From contig JBBHKD010000046.1 of assembly GCA_037447605.1 (NCBI GenBank), forward strand, positions 1 to 12,156: a DNA stretch of 12,156 bases, given 5' to 3'. The DNA comes from Zygnema circumcarinatum SAG 698-1b. Its lineage: Eukaryota; Plantae; Zygnematophyceae. A program made the position numbers and the translations under genes. This document shows positions 1-9,085 of this stretch, piece by piece (position 1 is the first letter of the stretch; every line of letters starts with the position of its first letter). Below the pieces are notes generated by a model. It saw only the letters and a list, made by a program, of their open reading frames with translations, did not search any database and was not told the origin of the DNA.

Positions 1-300
1 AACAAAGTCAGTTAAAGAGGTATGAGTCAAGAGTGGAGGGAAGGAGGATGGTAAGGCGAACAGGCGAGGAGGTGAAGGCGAGTGGAGGTGGAGTGTAAAA
101 GGAAAAAATGTCGTCGAAAGCGAATGCAGAGGACATTATAAGGACTAGACAAGTTGAAGCGTGCGACAAGCGAAGGAGAATGGCGAGAGGAGGATGGCGA
201 ATTGGGAGAGGAGGAGGAGGGGGACAGGAAAGGGAGGGAGTGGCAGAAGAAGGCACTCGAATCCTTAAACTGAATTCTTAATACAGAAACGCTTCAATTT

Positions 301-386
301 CTGGGGGCAGCGAGGGAGAGAGAGAGACGGAGAGGGGGTGAGAGAGTGAGAGAGAGAGCGGGAGAGAGGAGCGAGAGAGTACGCAC
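301..386 (-). other. Putative intron
   Basis: Minus strand starts GTGCGTACTCTCTC, is almost purely C/T and ends CTGCCCCCAG. The downstream exon frame does not stay open (TT|A AAT TGA), so the acceptor is uncertain. Confidence 0.4.
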
Positions 387-622
387 AAAGCAGTGAGCAT
401 GGTGCCAATTATGGAGAGGGACCTGGCCGTACTGTTGAAGGCGACCAGCGGCACGGGCACAGGGTCGAATGTGAAGAAGTTGGCGGCGCTGTAGTCGCCG
501 GAGGCGGGACCGTACGGGAACAGGTCCGCACGTGTGAGGGACGCCACGCGGGGCACGAGGGAGAGGGAGAGGAGGAGGAGAGACAGCAGAATTAGGCGCG
601 TGGGAGAGGAAAGCCTCGCCAT
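387..622 (-). CDS. Probable first coding exon of a secreted glycoprotein with a nidogen/NIDO-like N-terminus; the rest of the gene is unresolved or beyond the left edge
   Basis: ATG at 622-620 gives MARLSSPTRLILLSLLLLSLSLVPRVAS (hydrophobic signal peptide, VAS cleavage-like site), then LTRADLFPYGPASGD...VPVPLVAFNSTARSLSIIGTMLTA with an N-S-T sequon. A GTGCGT donor at 386-381 is followed by a CT-rich tract. Confidence 0.6.
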
Positions 623-744
623 ATCTCTCTCTTCCTCTCTTTCTCCCTCTCCCACTCTCTTTCTGTCTGTCTCACTCTCTCCTTTCTTTCTCGCCCTCTA
701 TCCCCCTCACTCTCCCTGCTCGCTGGCTCGCGCTCTCTCCCCCT
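623..744 (-). repeat. Purine-rich low-complexity tract, likely 5' UTR of the minus-strand gene
   Basis: Near-continuous C/T on the + strand between the ATG at 622 and the GTAC cluster. Confidence 0.45.
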
Positions 745-888
745 CGAGACCGACAGGTGGCCGTACGGTACGCACATGCGGCATTCTACCCGCACCAGGT
801 ACGACAGTTGAATCGGGTTCGACCTTTCGTACTAACGTGCGGCTGTAAGGTTGCACGGTTGAACGACTGTACAACTGTACGATTGTAC
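745..888. promoter_or_regulatory. Cluster of 7 GTAC cores (SBP/SPL/CRR1-type sites) plus one ACCGAC (DRE/CRT core)
   Basis: GTAC at 763, 768, 799, 829, 869, 877 and 885, the last three at 8 bp period. ACCGAC at 749-754. About 0.5 GTAC would be expected in 126 bp at equal base frequencies. Lies ~140-265 bp upstream of the ATG at 622. Confidence 0.5.
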
Positions 889-1792
889 GGCTGATTCACT
901 TATTGAAAGCCGAGGACGAGGCAGCGACTGTCGCAACTCCGAGGCGATACTGTCAGAAACAAAGACGGCATATATTAGAACGTAACGCAAACTTTCATTG
1001 AACTCGCGATGGCGAGGCCATCAAATTTACATGGATAAAGGCAAAATGTGGAACCACGAAGGACTGGTCACAAAGGACCGAAACACAATAAAACGAAGCT
1101 AGGAGCGGAAAACTACGCTTTGTAGCACAAATAACGCAGCCCTAGAAGCGCCAGCGTCACCGGCGGGAGGCACGCTCGTGAGGGAAGGGCGGAAGTCCAC
1201 TAACACGTCACCAACAATCGGCAGTAACGCCAAGTAGCGAGGAAGCGAGGCAACGCCGGCGGCTTACCGGAAATACGCGTTCTATAAAAGGTAGCCAAGA
1301 CGCCGAGGAGGGCTTCCGCCGCGGCATCTCCCGAAAGAGCGATGGGAAAGGGCTAAAGAGCCATATATTAGAGCTTTTCAGCTTAAAATGGAGTTCCCGC
1401 ACGCACTCAGAGCGGGAGTTGCAAGCGCTTGACGGATTCGCCCGCTCGTATGTACTTCTTGACATATGCCTTCTTTCCGTGTCGCTGGATCACGGAATCT
1501 GCAGCCGCTAACGGCGAAGTAGAGAAGGCGCGCCACGCTGGCGTATACACAAAACGCACACTATCCAAGGCGCACTCGAACGCCGCTTCTATACCGCCAT
1601 TGCCATTCGCGACTCCATCAAGGCTCCACGCAGTCGGGCCAAGCCTCTCAAGCAAGGGCTGGCCAATCGTAGATCACAATGCCTAAGACTCAAGATCTAT
1701 TGTCGTTGTTATAGATGGGATGTCGTTGATGCTTGTTTGTCTTTAGTGGCCGGGCTTAGTATTTGTATTTGCCGCGGTGGTTTGTTGTCTTG

Positions 1793-1813
1793 TTCTTCTT
1801 CTTCTTCTTCTTC
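1793..1813. repeat. (TTC)7 microsatellite
   Basis: Read directly from the sequence. Confidence 0.95.
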
Positions 1814-1838
1814 CTTCAGCCATGAATGATGCTAAGTA

Positions 1839-1894
1839 AGAGAGAGAGAGAGAGAGAGAGAGAGTTCCATGCTATGATAGAGAGAGAGAGAGAG
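1839..1894. repeat. Compound (AG)13 and (AG)8 microsatellite
   Basis: AG runs at 1839-1864 and 1879-1894. Confidence 0.95.
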
Positions 1895-3091
1895 AAAGAG
1901 TCTTCTTTGGCCGATAGCATTTAGACGCCCCATTCAAATTTCAGCTAGACAAAGATTTTCAAAGAGGAGAAGAGGATTTCATTGTAATGGCCATTCCCGG
2001 CCAGCATTTGGAGGTGAGTTTCAAAATACACCTTTATCTAAGTTGTGTCTGTTTTCCCTTTCTTTGTCACTATGCAAGCCTATCTTACTCTATCACGCCT
2101 TGCATTCCTCAGTGACCAATGATCACTAGAAGCCTAGGTAGAGACTAGCCCAGGAGAGGGCCGGGGAGGAGGTCCCGGAAGGGCTCTTTAGCATGAGGTC
2201 GGCCTTGGGTGGGAGCGTCTTACGAAGTCCGTCTTCATTGCGGCATTACCCCTGCAGATCCCGGATCACGGCTCTGGCTGCTTGAGGCGGACCCACAGGC
2301 AACCCAACCCTTCATTAGTTTGGCGGGCGAGTGGCCGTCACGGCCACCTGCGGCTAGCTTCGGCGGTCTTTGTTTAACCCCACTTATCTTGTGTAATTTG
2401 CGGGTTTTGCAGAGATCCATGCCTTGTCGCGGTATTTAATCAATGACCCGTGTCCACGGCCACCCATGAATGAAAACGCGACAAGAGGACAGCGAGATCT
2501 TCATGAGTATTAGAGGAAGACTTGGCACCTCAAGAAAGAAAGAAGAGCGGCGTCCGGACATCAAGGGCGGACCGGACTTCGAGAGGAAGAAGCGTTGAGG
2601 CGAAGATGAGCATCACCGAAGAACCCTTATCAGTCACGGCTTACCTTGGCCCGGTCGAGTCGATTGAAGGCTACCGCGACTCCGTCTGGCTGATGAAGTA
2701 GCCACAAACTTTCTTTGGCAATCACGCACATGGGATGATCAACTTGCAGCCTGCCCGATTATTTATCCGCGGCATGCCGATGCGTGAAAGAGAGGTGCCG
2801 TTGAGCACGAGGATTCCCCACAGCGGCCCCGCAGAGAGGCAGAACCCACGGGATCTCGGTCCGGATAACTCACTGCGCGGGGAGTCCGCCCGAAACGCTG
2901 GCGGCACGCGGTCCTCTGGCCGAGAGGCAAGGGAATCATCGAAGGCACACCCTCACCTCGGCTTTCACGACTTACCCATCCAGCGGCCCAGGCGGCGGCC
3001 GAGAGCAGAGGCGGGGCGATGCGCATAGACCTCGGCACTTTCGAACCAACTGCGAGCACCACGAAATTAGAATCACGAGTTTCCAGCCGAG

Positions 3092-4064
3092 ATGGAAGAG
3101 ATGATGACAAAACTTATAGCCTTGATTCCTGAAAAGAGTGAGGTGAGGGATACCACGGGCATCATCACTAGAGGCTTCACCGGCAAGCAGGAAGATGCAG
3201 AGGCTTGGCTGAGACACCTTGAGGAAGTATAGCGGAACTTTGAAGGAGGACAGGTGGATCAAGCTTGCCTTGGGCTATTTGGAAGGCGAGGGCAGTCAAG
3301 CTGGAAATTTTGTCAGCCTGGCGGATATTTGGCTAAGCCACCACGACAAGGGACATTCAAGCAAGCTTCCGGACAGCGTTGGATTCCGGATCCGATCAGC
3401 ATCTTTGAGCCGACTTCATACATAAGTCTCTGATGGCGGGCATTTTGAATTCAGCTTTATGCGCGTAGCAAAATCACGATCGAGAACTTGCGACTTTTCG
3501 AGTACTCAGTGGTTCCGCCAAGGCCATCGAGAGAGAAGGATCTCCACGGATAGAAGTGAGCTGCGAGACAACACAGCCGGATGCGGGCATTGTTAGGCGA
3601 GTGAGAGCGAATTCAAAAGGATCGAGAGAGCCCCAACCGACGTATGCGACCACATTACATGACCGCTACCGATCCAAGACAAGATCGACTCTACCAGCAG
3701 TTCCTGAAGACACAGAATCAACAGTTGTTCGATCCCTACGCTACATCTACTCGGAACAAGCATTCCTTCTCCGGCGTCACTGCTCAGGACGTCCGGACAG
3801 CCCCTGTGGTGCAGCCTCTGGCCATAGCCAGCACAACCAAGCCCCTTCCCCTTTCCCCATACCCTCATGATCCGGCGCATCCCATTTGAGCCCGGCGGTG
3901 ATCCTCACATACGGATGTTTCGTCCGGGGATGTCGGGCTCCTTATTCGTCCTTTTACGAAATTTTGCAGGGGCAATCTAGCGCCGTCGGATAGCTTGAAG
4001 CGAGGGATTCCGGGCGTATGTCTTACTTTGCGGCACAGATCATAATCAGCGGCTGCGTTATTGC
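3092..4064 (+). pseudogene. gag: Gypsy-1 gag (capsid-like region and degenerate zinc knuckle)
   Basis: ATG at 3092 gives MEEMMTKL...RGFTGKQEDAEAWLRHLEE, then after a frameshift LKEDRWIKLALGYLEGEG. A broken C..C-GTD-H....C motif lies at ~4019-4064. Contains stops and frameshifts. Confidence 0.6.
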
Positions 4065-5049
4065 GGACCCGTGGACTACCTTGAGATCCGCAGGACATGG
4101 GTATGCGGAGACTCAAGTGAGGCCGGAGAGAAGCGTAACGAGAACTCACCTGCGAAGGTCACCTTCATGGATATGCTCCCGGCTGCTCCCACACCACCGA
4201 GAACACCGGCTCCCTTTCGCCCGCCTCCACCTCCTTCACCCGCTTACACCATCCTGCAACGACCACCTATCCATCGCACCCTTGGACTCCCCTTCCATCC
4301 AAACGTATTGGGTACTAAGCCCGATCTTGCCCGATCACACGCCTTACCCGAGGTTGCAGCGGCATTTCAACGGCTTTGTCGAGGAATCCCCCATCGCCCG
4401 AAGTGATGCTCCAAGCCGGATCACCCGAGATTGCAAAAGCGCCTACTTGTGGGCTCCTATCAACGAAGCGATCCTCATTCTCATCCCCTGCCATTCCCTT
4501 CTGCCAATGTCAGCGGCGCGCCCAGTTCCTCGAGACACGGCTCCACGGTCGCCACCCACGTAGAAGAACTTGGAGTCCTCCACCTCCCTCAGGTCACCTT
4601 GGGATCCTGCACGAGGAGAAGTGAAAGATCTCAATGAAGAGGCCGGCAGCGCGGCGAAGCGTGCCGGCGACCAGGTACGTAATCCTCCCCATCGCCCTCC
4701 GGGCAGCCCATTCCCCCACCCCAAGCAGCGATGAGTGACCACCCCCAGCAGACGGCCTATCCACGATTGAGCGCATGGTTCATCAACTCATGGGAGACAA
4801 GGCTAAGATAGAGCATTACCTTATCCACGTTGGTCACGGCTTGTGCAGGTCTTTGCCTTGTAGTAGTTCAGCTGGCGGCGGCCTTGAGGCCACCTACGGC
4901 CTCCACGGTTCCCTATGGCACCTCCTCGGGCGTCCTACGCCCGGCCCGATACTCCACCACCCACATAGCTCTGGCCTCCAGCGTGGACAGTCCGCTCCTA
5001 CGCCATCTTCCTTGCGAGATTCAGATCCTCCCTCTCATCCCAACGCCCA

Positions 5050-5360
5050 ACGTGCGGATCATTGTCAATGTATGGCTCAACGGTCATCCCAGCAAAGCCA
5101 TGATCGACACAGGAGCCATGCGCACAGTTCTGTCCAAGCCTGTGATGAAGGCTGCAGGGGTTAAGTTGGACAAGACACTTGACCCATCCCCGGAAGTATG
5201 GCCAGAGTTGAAGGAGCTTACATGAAGGTTAGGCGGCGCCCAAGTGGTCATCCCGGTCTTGGCGAGATGGGAGCTTACGGTGAATCACGTCATCACGGCG
5301 CTAAACACTATTCTATCTGGCGGGCTTTCGGATTGGCTCATGGCGATAGAACTTCATCGA
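5050..5360 (+). pseudogene. pol: Gypsy-1 retroviral-type aspartic protease
   Basis: VRIIVNVWLNGHPSKAMIDTGAMRTVLS with catalytic DTGA at 5106-5117. The C-terminal ILSGGLSDWL (ILG.DWL-like) lies in a shifted frame. Confidence 0.8.
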
Positions 5361-5776
5361 CTTTGCTACATATCCATTTGCCTTGCTCTGGCGGCGGGAC
5401 TGTTGCTCCTTCCCCATCATCCTCGAGTCCCTTGCCACCTCCGCCTTCCCCAAACGCCACGCCACGGCGCAGGTCTCCTACCCAGAGATCACCATGTACC
5501 ATTGGTCGGCGGCCCATTCTTCTTATGGATGCGACCGAATTACGATACGATGGCAGACTCCCCCTCTGCTCCTCGAGTCCGGCTCGGTCGCCCGGCCGGA
5601 AGAGCTATTCTTGCCGGTGATACACAACTTTCCCCCCATGAGACCATGTTGATGAGGGTAGGTACGGGAAATAGAGGCGGGAATCGATTAGGGCTGCGGT
5701 CCTCGGACCCGATCAGCATTCTCCATTTACGCCAAGTCTTGGCGAAATCACCTAGTTTGCATACGACATTCACTGC

Positions 5777-6720
5777 GACATCGGCAAGACTCACTTGATT
5801 GAGCACCACATCGATGCGAAGAGGATGCGCCTCCCGTGATGACCGGCTCCCCGCGAACTTTTCCGCCCGCTGGCAGTGATGTCAGCTTGACAGATCCCGT
5901 GAAACGTGGCTAGCGGATTGATGGAACTTTGGAGGAAGAGTAGGGGGCGGCTCGGCCGTTACGCCCCAAAGCGGATGGCACACTCGGCCTGCAATGGGGA
6001 CCTCTGAGCCCGAGATGCAATAGCGAGTGGGATCCTACACATTCTGGGATGTGGACACGATTCTCCGGCGTCACCCCTGATGACGGTGTTTCGGCACTTG
6101 ACATGCGAAATCCTTACATGGCCGAGATCCCTACTTGGCCCGAGGCCAATGTGCAAGAGCGAGGGCTTACATACCGGCCAGCGCTTTTATGCAGGTGGGC
6201 CGGTGCTTCCATTGAACTCAAAATTCCCGGTCAGACTCACGGCGCCACAGCCCAGCAGGTGTTCGGCCTGTCGTGCCTTACCGCGAGGAGCCTTCGTGGA
6301 TGATGCACTCCCTCGGCAAGAGGCCCGGGTCCTCCCACGCAACACATTGACCAAGTCCTCCAACAGCTCATCAGTGCGCGTCTGAAGATTGCACCCAAGA
6401 AGTGCAAATGGGGACATCAGGAGATCACTCACCTCGGGCACCGCCTCGGCATCAATGGCCTGAAACCATCACTCGACAAGATTGAAGCGATTGACCTTAT
6501 GCCCATTCCACAGAATCTCACTCAGCTTAAGTCTTTCTTGGGACTCACCTCCTTCTATCGCCGGTTCATCAAGGGCTATGCCCTTATTGCGCGTCCCCTA
6601 CATGCCCTGGAGAAGCACGGAGTCCACTACGAATGGAGCCGCGCGCAGGATTTGGCCTTCCAAGCGCTCAAGAGTGCCCTCCTTCAGGCTCCTTGCCTGC
6701 ATCAATTCGACCCCACCCTT
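5777..6720 (+). pseudogene. pol: Gypsy-1 reverse transcriptase and connection subdomain
   Basis: DIGKTHLIEHHID (5777-5815), PKADGTL, SALDMR, FVDD at 6293-6304 (YxDD position), and LKIAPKKCKW...HLGH...PIPQNLTQLKSFLGLTSFYRRFIKGYALIARPL...AFQALKSALLQAPCL. Many small indels. Confidence 0.88.
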
Positions 6721-7085
6721 CCCACCATTATTGGCCCAGTGGCCCAGGTGAGGAGCGGGGCTTTAGGGCAGTAGCCCAGCCAAGCATTCGGATGGGAACA
6801 CCCGGTCCGGTTATGCAAGCGAGTGCGTTGAGCAAGAGACCAAATCTGACCCCTCTTGAGGCCCGCGGGTATCCCTCACGGGCACTCGAAAGTTCAAGCT
6901 CTTCACGGCCTACCAGCCCGTTATCATCCGGACTGACCACATGCCCCTCACCTGGCTGCACATTATGGCTACCCTACGCCCTAAGTTTGCACGATGGGTG
7001 ATGAAGTTGGAGGAGTACAATGTACTCAAAGTCACTCACCGTCCCGGCCGTAGTCACGGCAATGCTGATGGCCTCAGTCGCAATC
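6721..7085 (+). pseudogene. pol: Gypsy-1 RNase H
   Basis: EHPV..., QPVIIRTDHMPLTWL, and ARWVMKLEEYNVLKVTHRPGRSHGNADGLSR, the typical Ty3 RNase H C-terminus. Confidence 0.85.
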
Positions 7086-7181
7086 CCTCGGCTCCCCTCC
7101 TCTGCCACGATCCGGCCGTTCCTGAGCCCATCCCTCCACCCACCCTCCTGAACCCTGAGCATCTTCCCATTGAGATCTTTA

Positions 7182-8082
7182 TGTTAGTGTACATAGTTAG
7201 TTTAGATTAGCATGTTTGTGTTGGCGCTTAGTTCCTAGGGGTGTGCTTCTAGGTGTGACATGTATGGGGACGGACTTACTTCAGCGTGCGCGCGGCGGCG
7301 AGACCGACCGCGCAACCGTACGGATAATATGGACCGTACGGACCGTACGGTCGGTACGGACAGTACGGCCGGGAGTCCGACATTTTATTACCGCGCCGGT
7401 CGGTCCTGGCGTACGGAATCGTGGGCCGTCTTGGCGGCAAAAGCGGTGGTCGGTGGAGTCGGCGGAGCCTCTTTGTCACGGAGAATAGTCACTGTGGGTG
7501 TGGTGAGGAAGTTCCGGTTTGTGGAATTACATAGCCATCTGGGTTAGGCGGTGGTGTTGGACGTTACTTGTTTGGGTGTACTATACATGTAAGACACAGT
7601 AGTTTATTTAGGTTGTTTGAATAAGGTTGTTGCATGCATGGTCAGAGCGTGTGGCGTGACATGGTCACGTCACAGCTATACTATAAGGTAGGAATTAGAT
7701 TGTGTAAGTTAAAACCTTCTTGATATGCATTGCAAGGCTATGGCAGTTTGAAGGCATGGCTTTGGCAGCGAGGAGGTGGACCTTTGTGAGGTCTCGTGTG
7801 TGGAGAGGCGCCTGGCGTGAAAGGTGAAGTGATCATGTGGTGAAAGCTTGACTAGGCTTATGGGGGCTTGAGTTGGAAAGCTTGTCATCATACAAGGAGT
7901 TTTTAGAGTTTGGGAGCTTTCTCCTACGTTTTCTATTCCGCCTCTAGTGTGTTGTGTGTATGCACGTGAGTGAAAATAATTATGAGTCTTTGCGGGCACC
8001 GGGGAGGAAGTTTCCATGGACAGTGAAGAGGGAGAAAGGGGTGGAAGGTGAATTCGCTTCTCATCCCTCTGCCCCTCTCACA
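7182..8082 (+). repeat. 5' LTR of Copia A (~900 bp)
   Basis: TG...CA termini, TATAA at 7682-7686, and a PBS starting 3 nt after the end. Shares collinear blocks with 9778-10735. A start at 7254 (TGTGACA) or an end at 8080 cannot be excluded. Confidence 0.6.
7299..7465. promoter_or_regulatory. Composite array in LTR U3: 6 x GTACGG and 5 x RCCGAC (either strand)
   Basis: GTACGG at 7318, 7336, 7345, 7354, 7363 and 7411 (9 bp period in the core). ACCGAC at 7303, GTCGGT at 7350, 7399 and 7449, GTCGGC at 7458. Confidence 0.55.
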
Positions 8083-8295
8083 AGTGGTATCCGAGCTCAG
8101 GGTGAAGCGGAAACCGGGGCTAGTGTGAATGTTAATGGCCCTGCATTTGATGGGACAGACTACAAGGGATGGAAGTGGCGGCTGACTCCCATACTTGAAG
8201 GGAAGGGACTTCTTGGTCATGTGACTGGGAAGGTGAAGGCGCCGCCGGCTACATCCGTGGAGGAGCTTGCAAAGTGGAAGGCCCGTGACAACAAG
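7960..8295 (+). pseudogene. gag: Copia A gag N-terminus, truncated by insertion
   Basis: GPAFDGTDYKGWKWRLTPILEGKGLLGHVTGKVKAP...WKARDNK fits the Copia gag N-terminal pattern (xDG.NY..W...M...L....L...V.G). The frame is open from the ATG at 7960. Confidence 0.75.
8085..8096 (+). promoter_or_regulatory. Primer-binding site, tRNA-iMet type
   Basis: TGGTATCCGAGC, one mismatch to the plant PBS consensus TGGTATCAGAGC, directly after ...CTCACA-AG. Confidence 0.75.
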
Positions 8296-9014
8296 TGTAA
8301 CGACTGAAATCTAACCCCTTCAGCCTGCGCGGAATCACACCAGAGTTCAGCGGGAGAGAGAGAGAGAGAGGGAGAGCTTCAGAGTGGGGAGCAGCCCGCG
8401 ACGGGCGTGCAACCGTATGCCGGTATGTTGGTTGGGTCACGACAGTCCTTACGCCTATACACTTCAGTTGAACCTCTACCCGGCATGGAGAGTTAGGCGA
8501 GGCGTCAATGGCGGTACGCCGCGTGTCCCTCTCGACTTTCGAATGGAGTCGAGAGGTGTACATCTGAATGCTCGCATTCAGCGGCGCGCTGCTGGCGGCC
8601 AGCGCCGCCGTCTGTCGGTGCCGCGGTGAGGATCCCTACGTAGCGGCGGGCCGGCAAGCGGTCGCTCCGCGTACCATCGGGTAGCAGTTAACGCGTCTGG
8701 GGCCGGGCCGAATTCAAAAAAGGGGATCCAGACGTGGCATGAATCTATCAGCGAGACGGATTGGTCCGTGGTGCGATTAGCCCGTGATCCTCCTCTACGC
8801 TGAGAGGAGGGGACCTTGGCCGCTGACGTGGGGCCCATAGAGATTATGTGGCGGCCCCACGGGTGAACCAGTTCTTATGGTTCGAACCTAGGACCTCCGT
8901 CGTCCTATAGGGTATCCGATGCTTTAACCGTTAGGTACTGCATTGGATGGAAACATAAAGCCACGCCGGGCACTAAGTAACCCCTTCCCTTGGGGGTGGT
9001 AGCGTTTGGCTACG
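8296..9014 (-). repeat. Chromovirus 3' LTR (~719 bp)
   Basis: Begins CGTAGCC (presumably TGTAGCC) just after the PPT and ends ...TCGTTACA at 8296, exactly where Copia gag coding stops. Contains an (AG)8 run at 8355-8370. Confidence 0.65.
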
Positions 9015-9016
9015 TA

Positions 9017-9025
9017 CTCCCCCCT
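9017..9025 (-). promoter_or_regulatory. Polypurine tract
   Basis: AGGGGGGAG followed by TA and the LTR start, downstream of the chromodomain ORF. Confidence 0.7.
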
Positions 9026-9085
9026 GTGAGAATGTGAGCGCCCTGCGTTGCGTGTGTGGAGTAGTAAAAGGCGGCCTACGTAGTT

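Larger units (their letters stand above)
3092..7181 (+). mobile_element. Ty3/Gypsy LTR retrotransposon 1 (gag-PR-RT-RH), frameshifted, cut off before integrase by a nested Copia; 5' LTR not confidently placed
   Basis: Domain order gag, aspartic protease, RT, RNase H is the Ty3/Gypsy order. Coding similarity ends abruptly at 7181, where TGTTAG begins. Confidence 0.9.
7182..8295 (+). mobile_element. Ty1/Copia element A: 5' LTR, PBS and start of gag, nested in Gypsy-1
   Basis: TGTTAG start, CA end before the PBS, and a Copia-type gag N-terminus that stops at the chromovirus LTR. Confidence 0.75.

Noticed and set aside
8-256. 82 aa minus-strand ORF (MPSSATPS...)
   Set aside because: CT-rich low-complexity, intron-like sequence starting at a GTG. 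The Pro/Ser/Leu bias is a compositional artefact.
534-848. Plus-strand 104 aa ORF and minus-strand ORF 592-795
   Set aside because: They arise from GA/CT low-complexity tracts overlapping the signal-peptide exon and its UTR.
2331-2347. Near-perfect palindrome GTGGCCGT-C-ACGGCCAC
   Set aside because: An isolated 8 bp stem in GC-rich sequence, with no context that supports a function.
2689-2712. CTGATGA, resembling a hammerhead ribozyme core (also on the minus strand at ~6368-6374)
   Set aside because: No GAAA after a stem II. The second copy lies within RT coding sequence.
4070-5040. Several long Pro-rich overlapping ORFs between gag and protease
   Set aside because: No recognisable domain. 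Consistent with a low-complexity gag-pol linker in GC-rich DNA, though an extra domain cannot be excluded without an HMM search.
6293-6304. FVDD instead of YxDD in RT as a sign of an unusual enzyme
   Set aside because: The surrounding sequence is heavily degenerate, so one substitution or read error explains it.
7316-7370. Short palindromic repeats that might suggest a CRISPR array or hAT subterminal repeats
   Set aside because: The units are 9 bp and contiguous with no spacers. There are no cas genes, TIRs or transposase. The repeats lie within an LTR.
8879-8888. GGTTCGAACC, resembling a tRNA T-loop or Pol III B-box (also GGTTCGAC at 817-824)
   Set aside because: The flanks do not form a 5 bp T-stem on either strand, and there is no acceptor stem or A-box.
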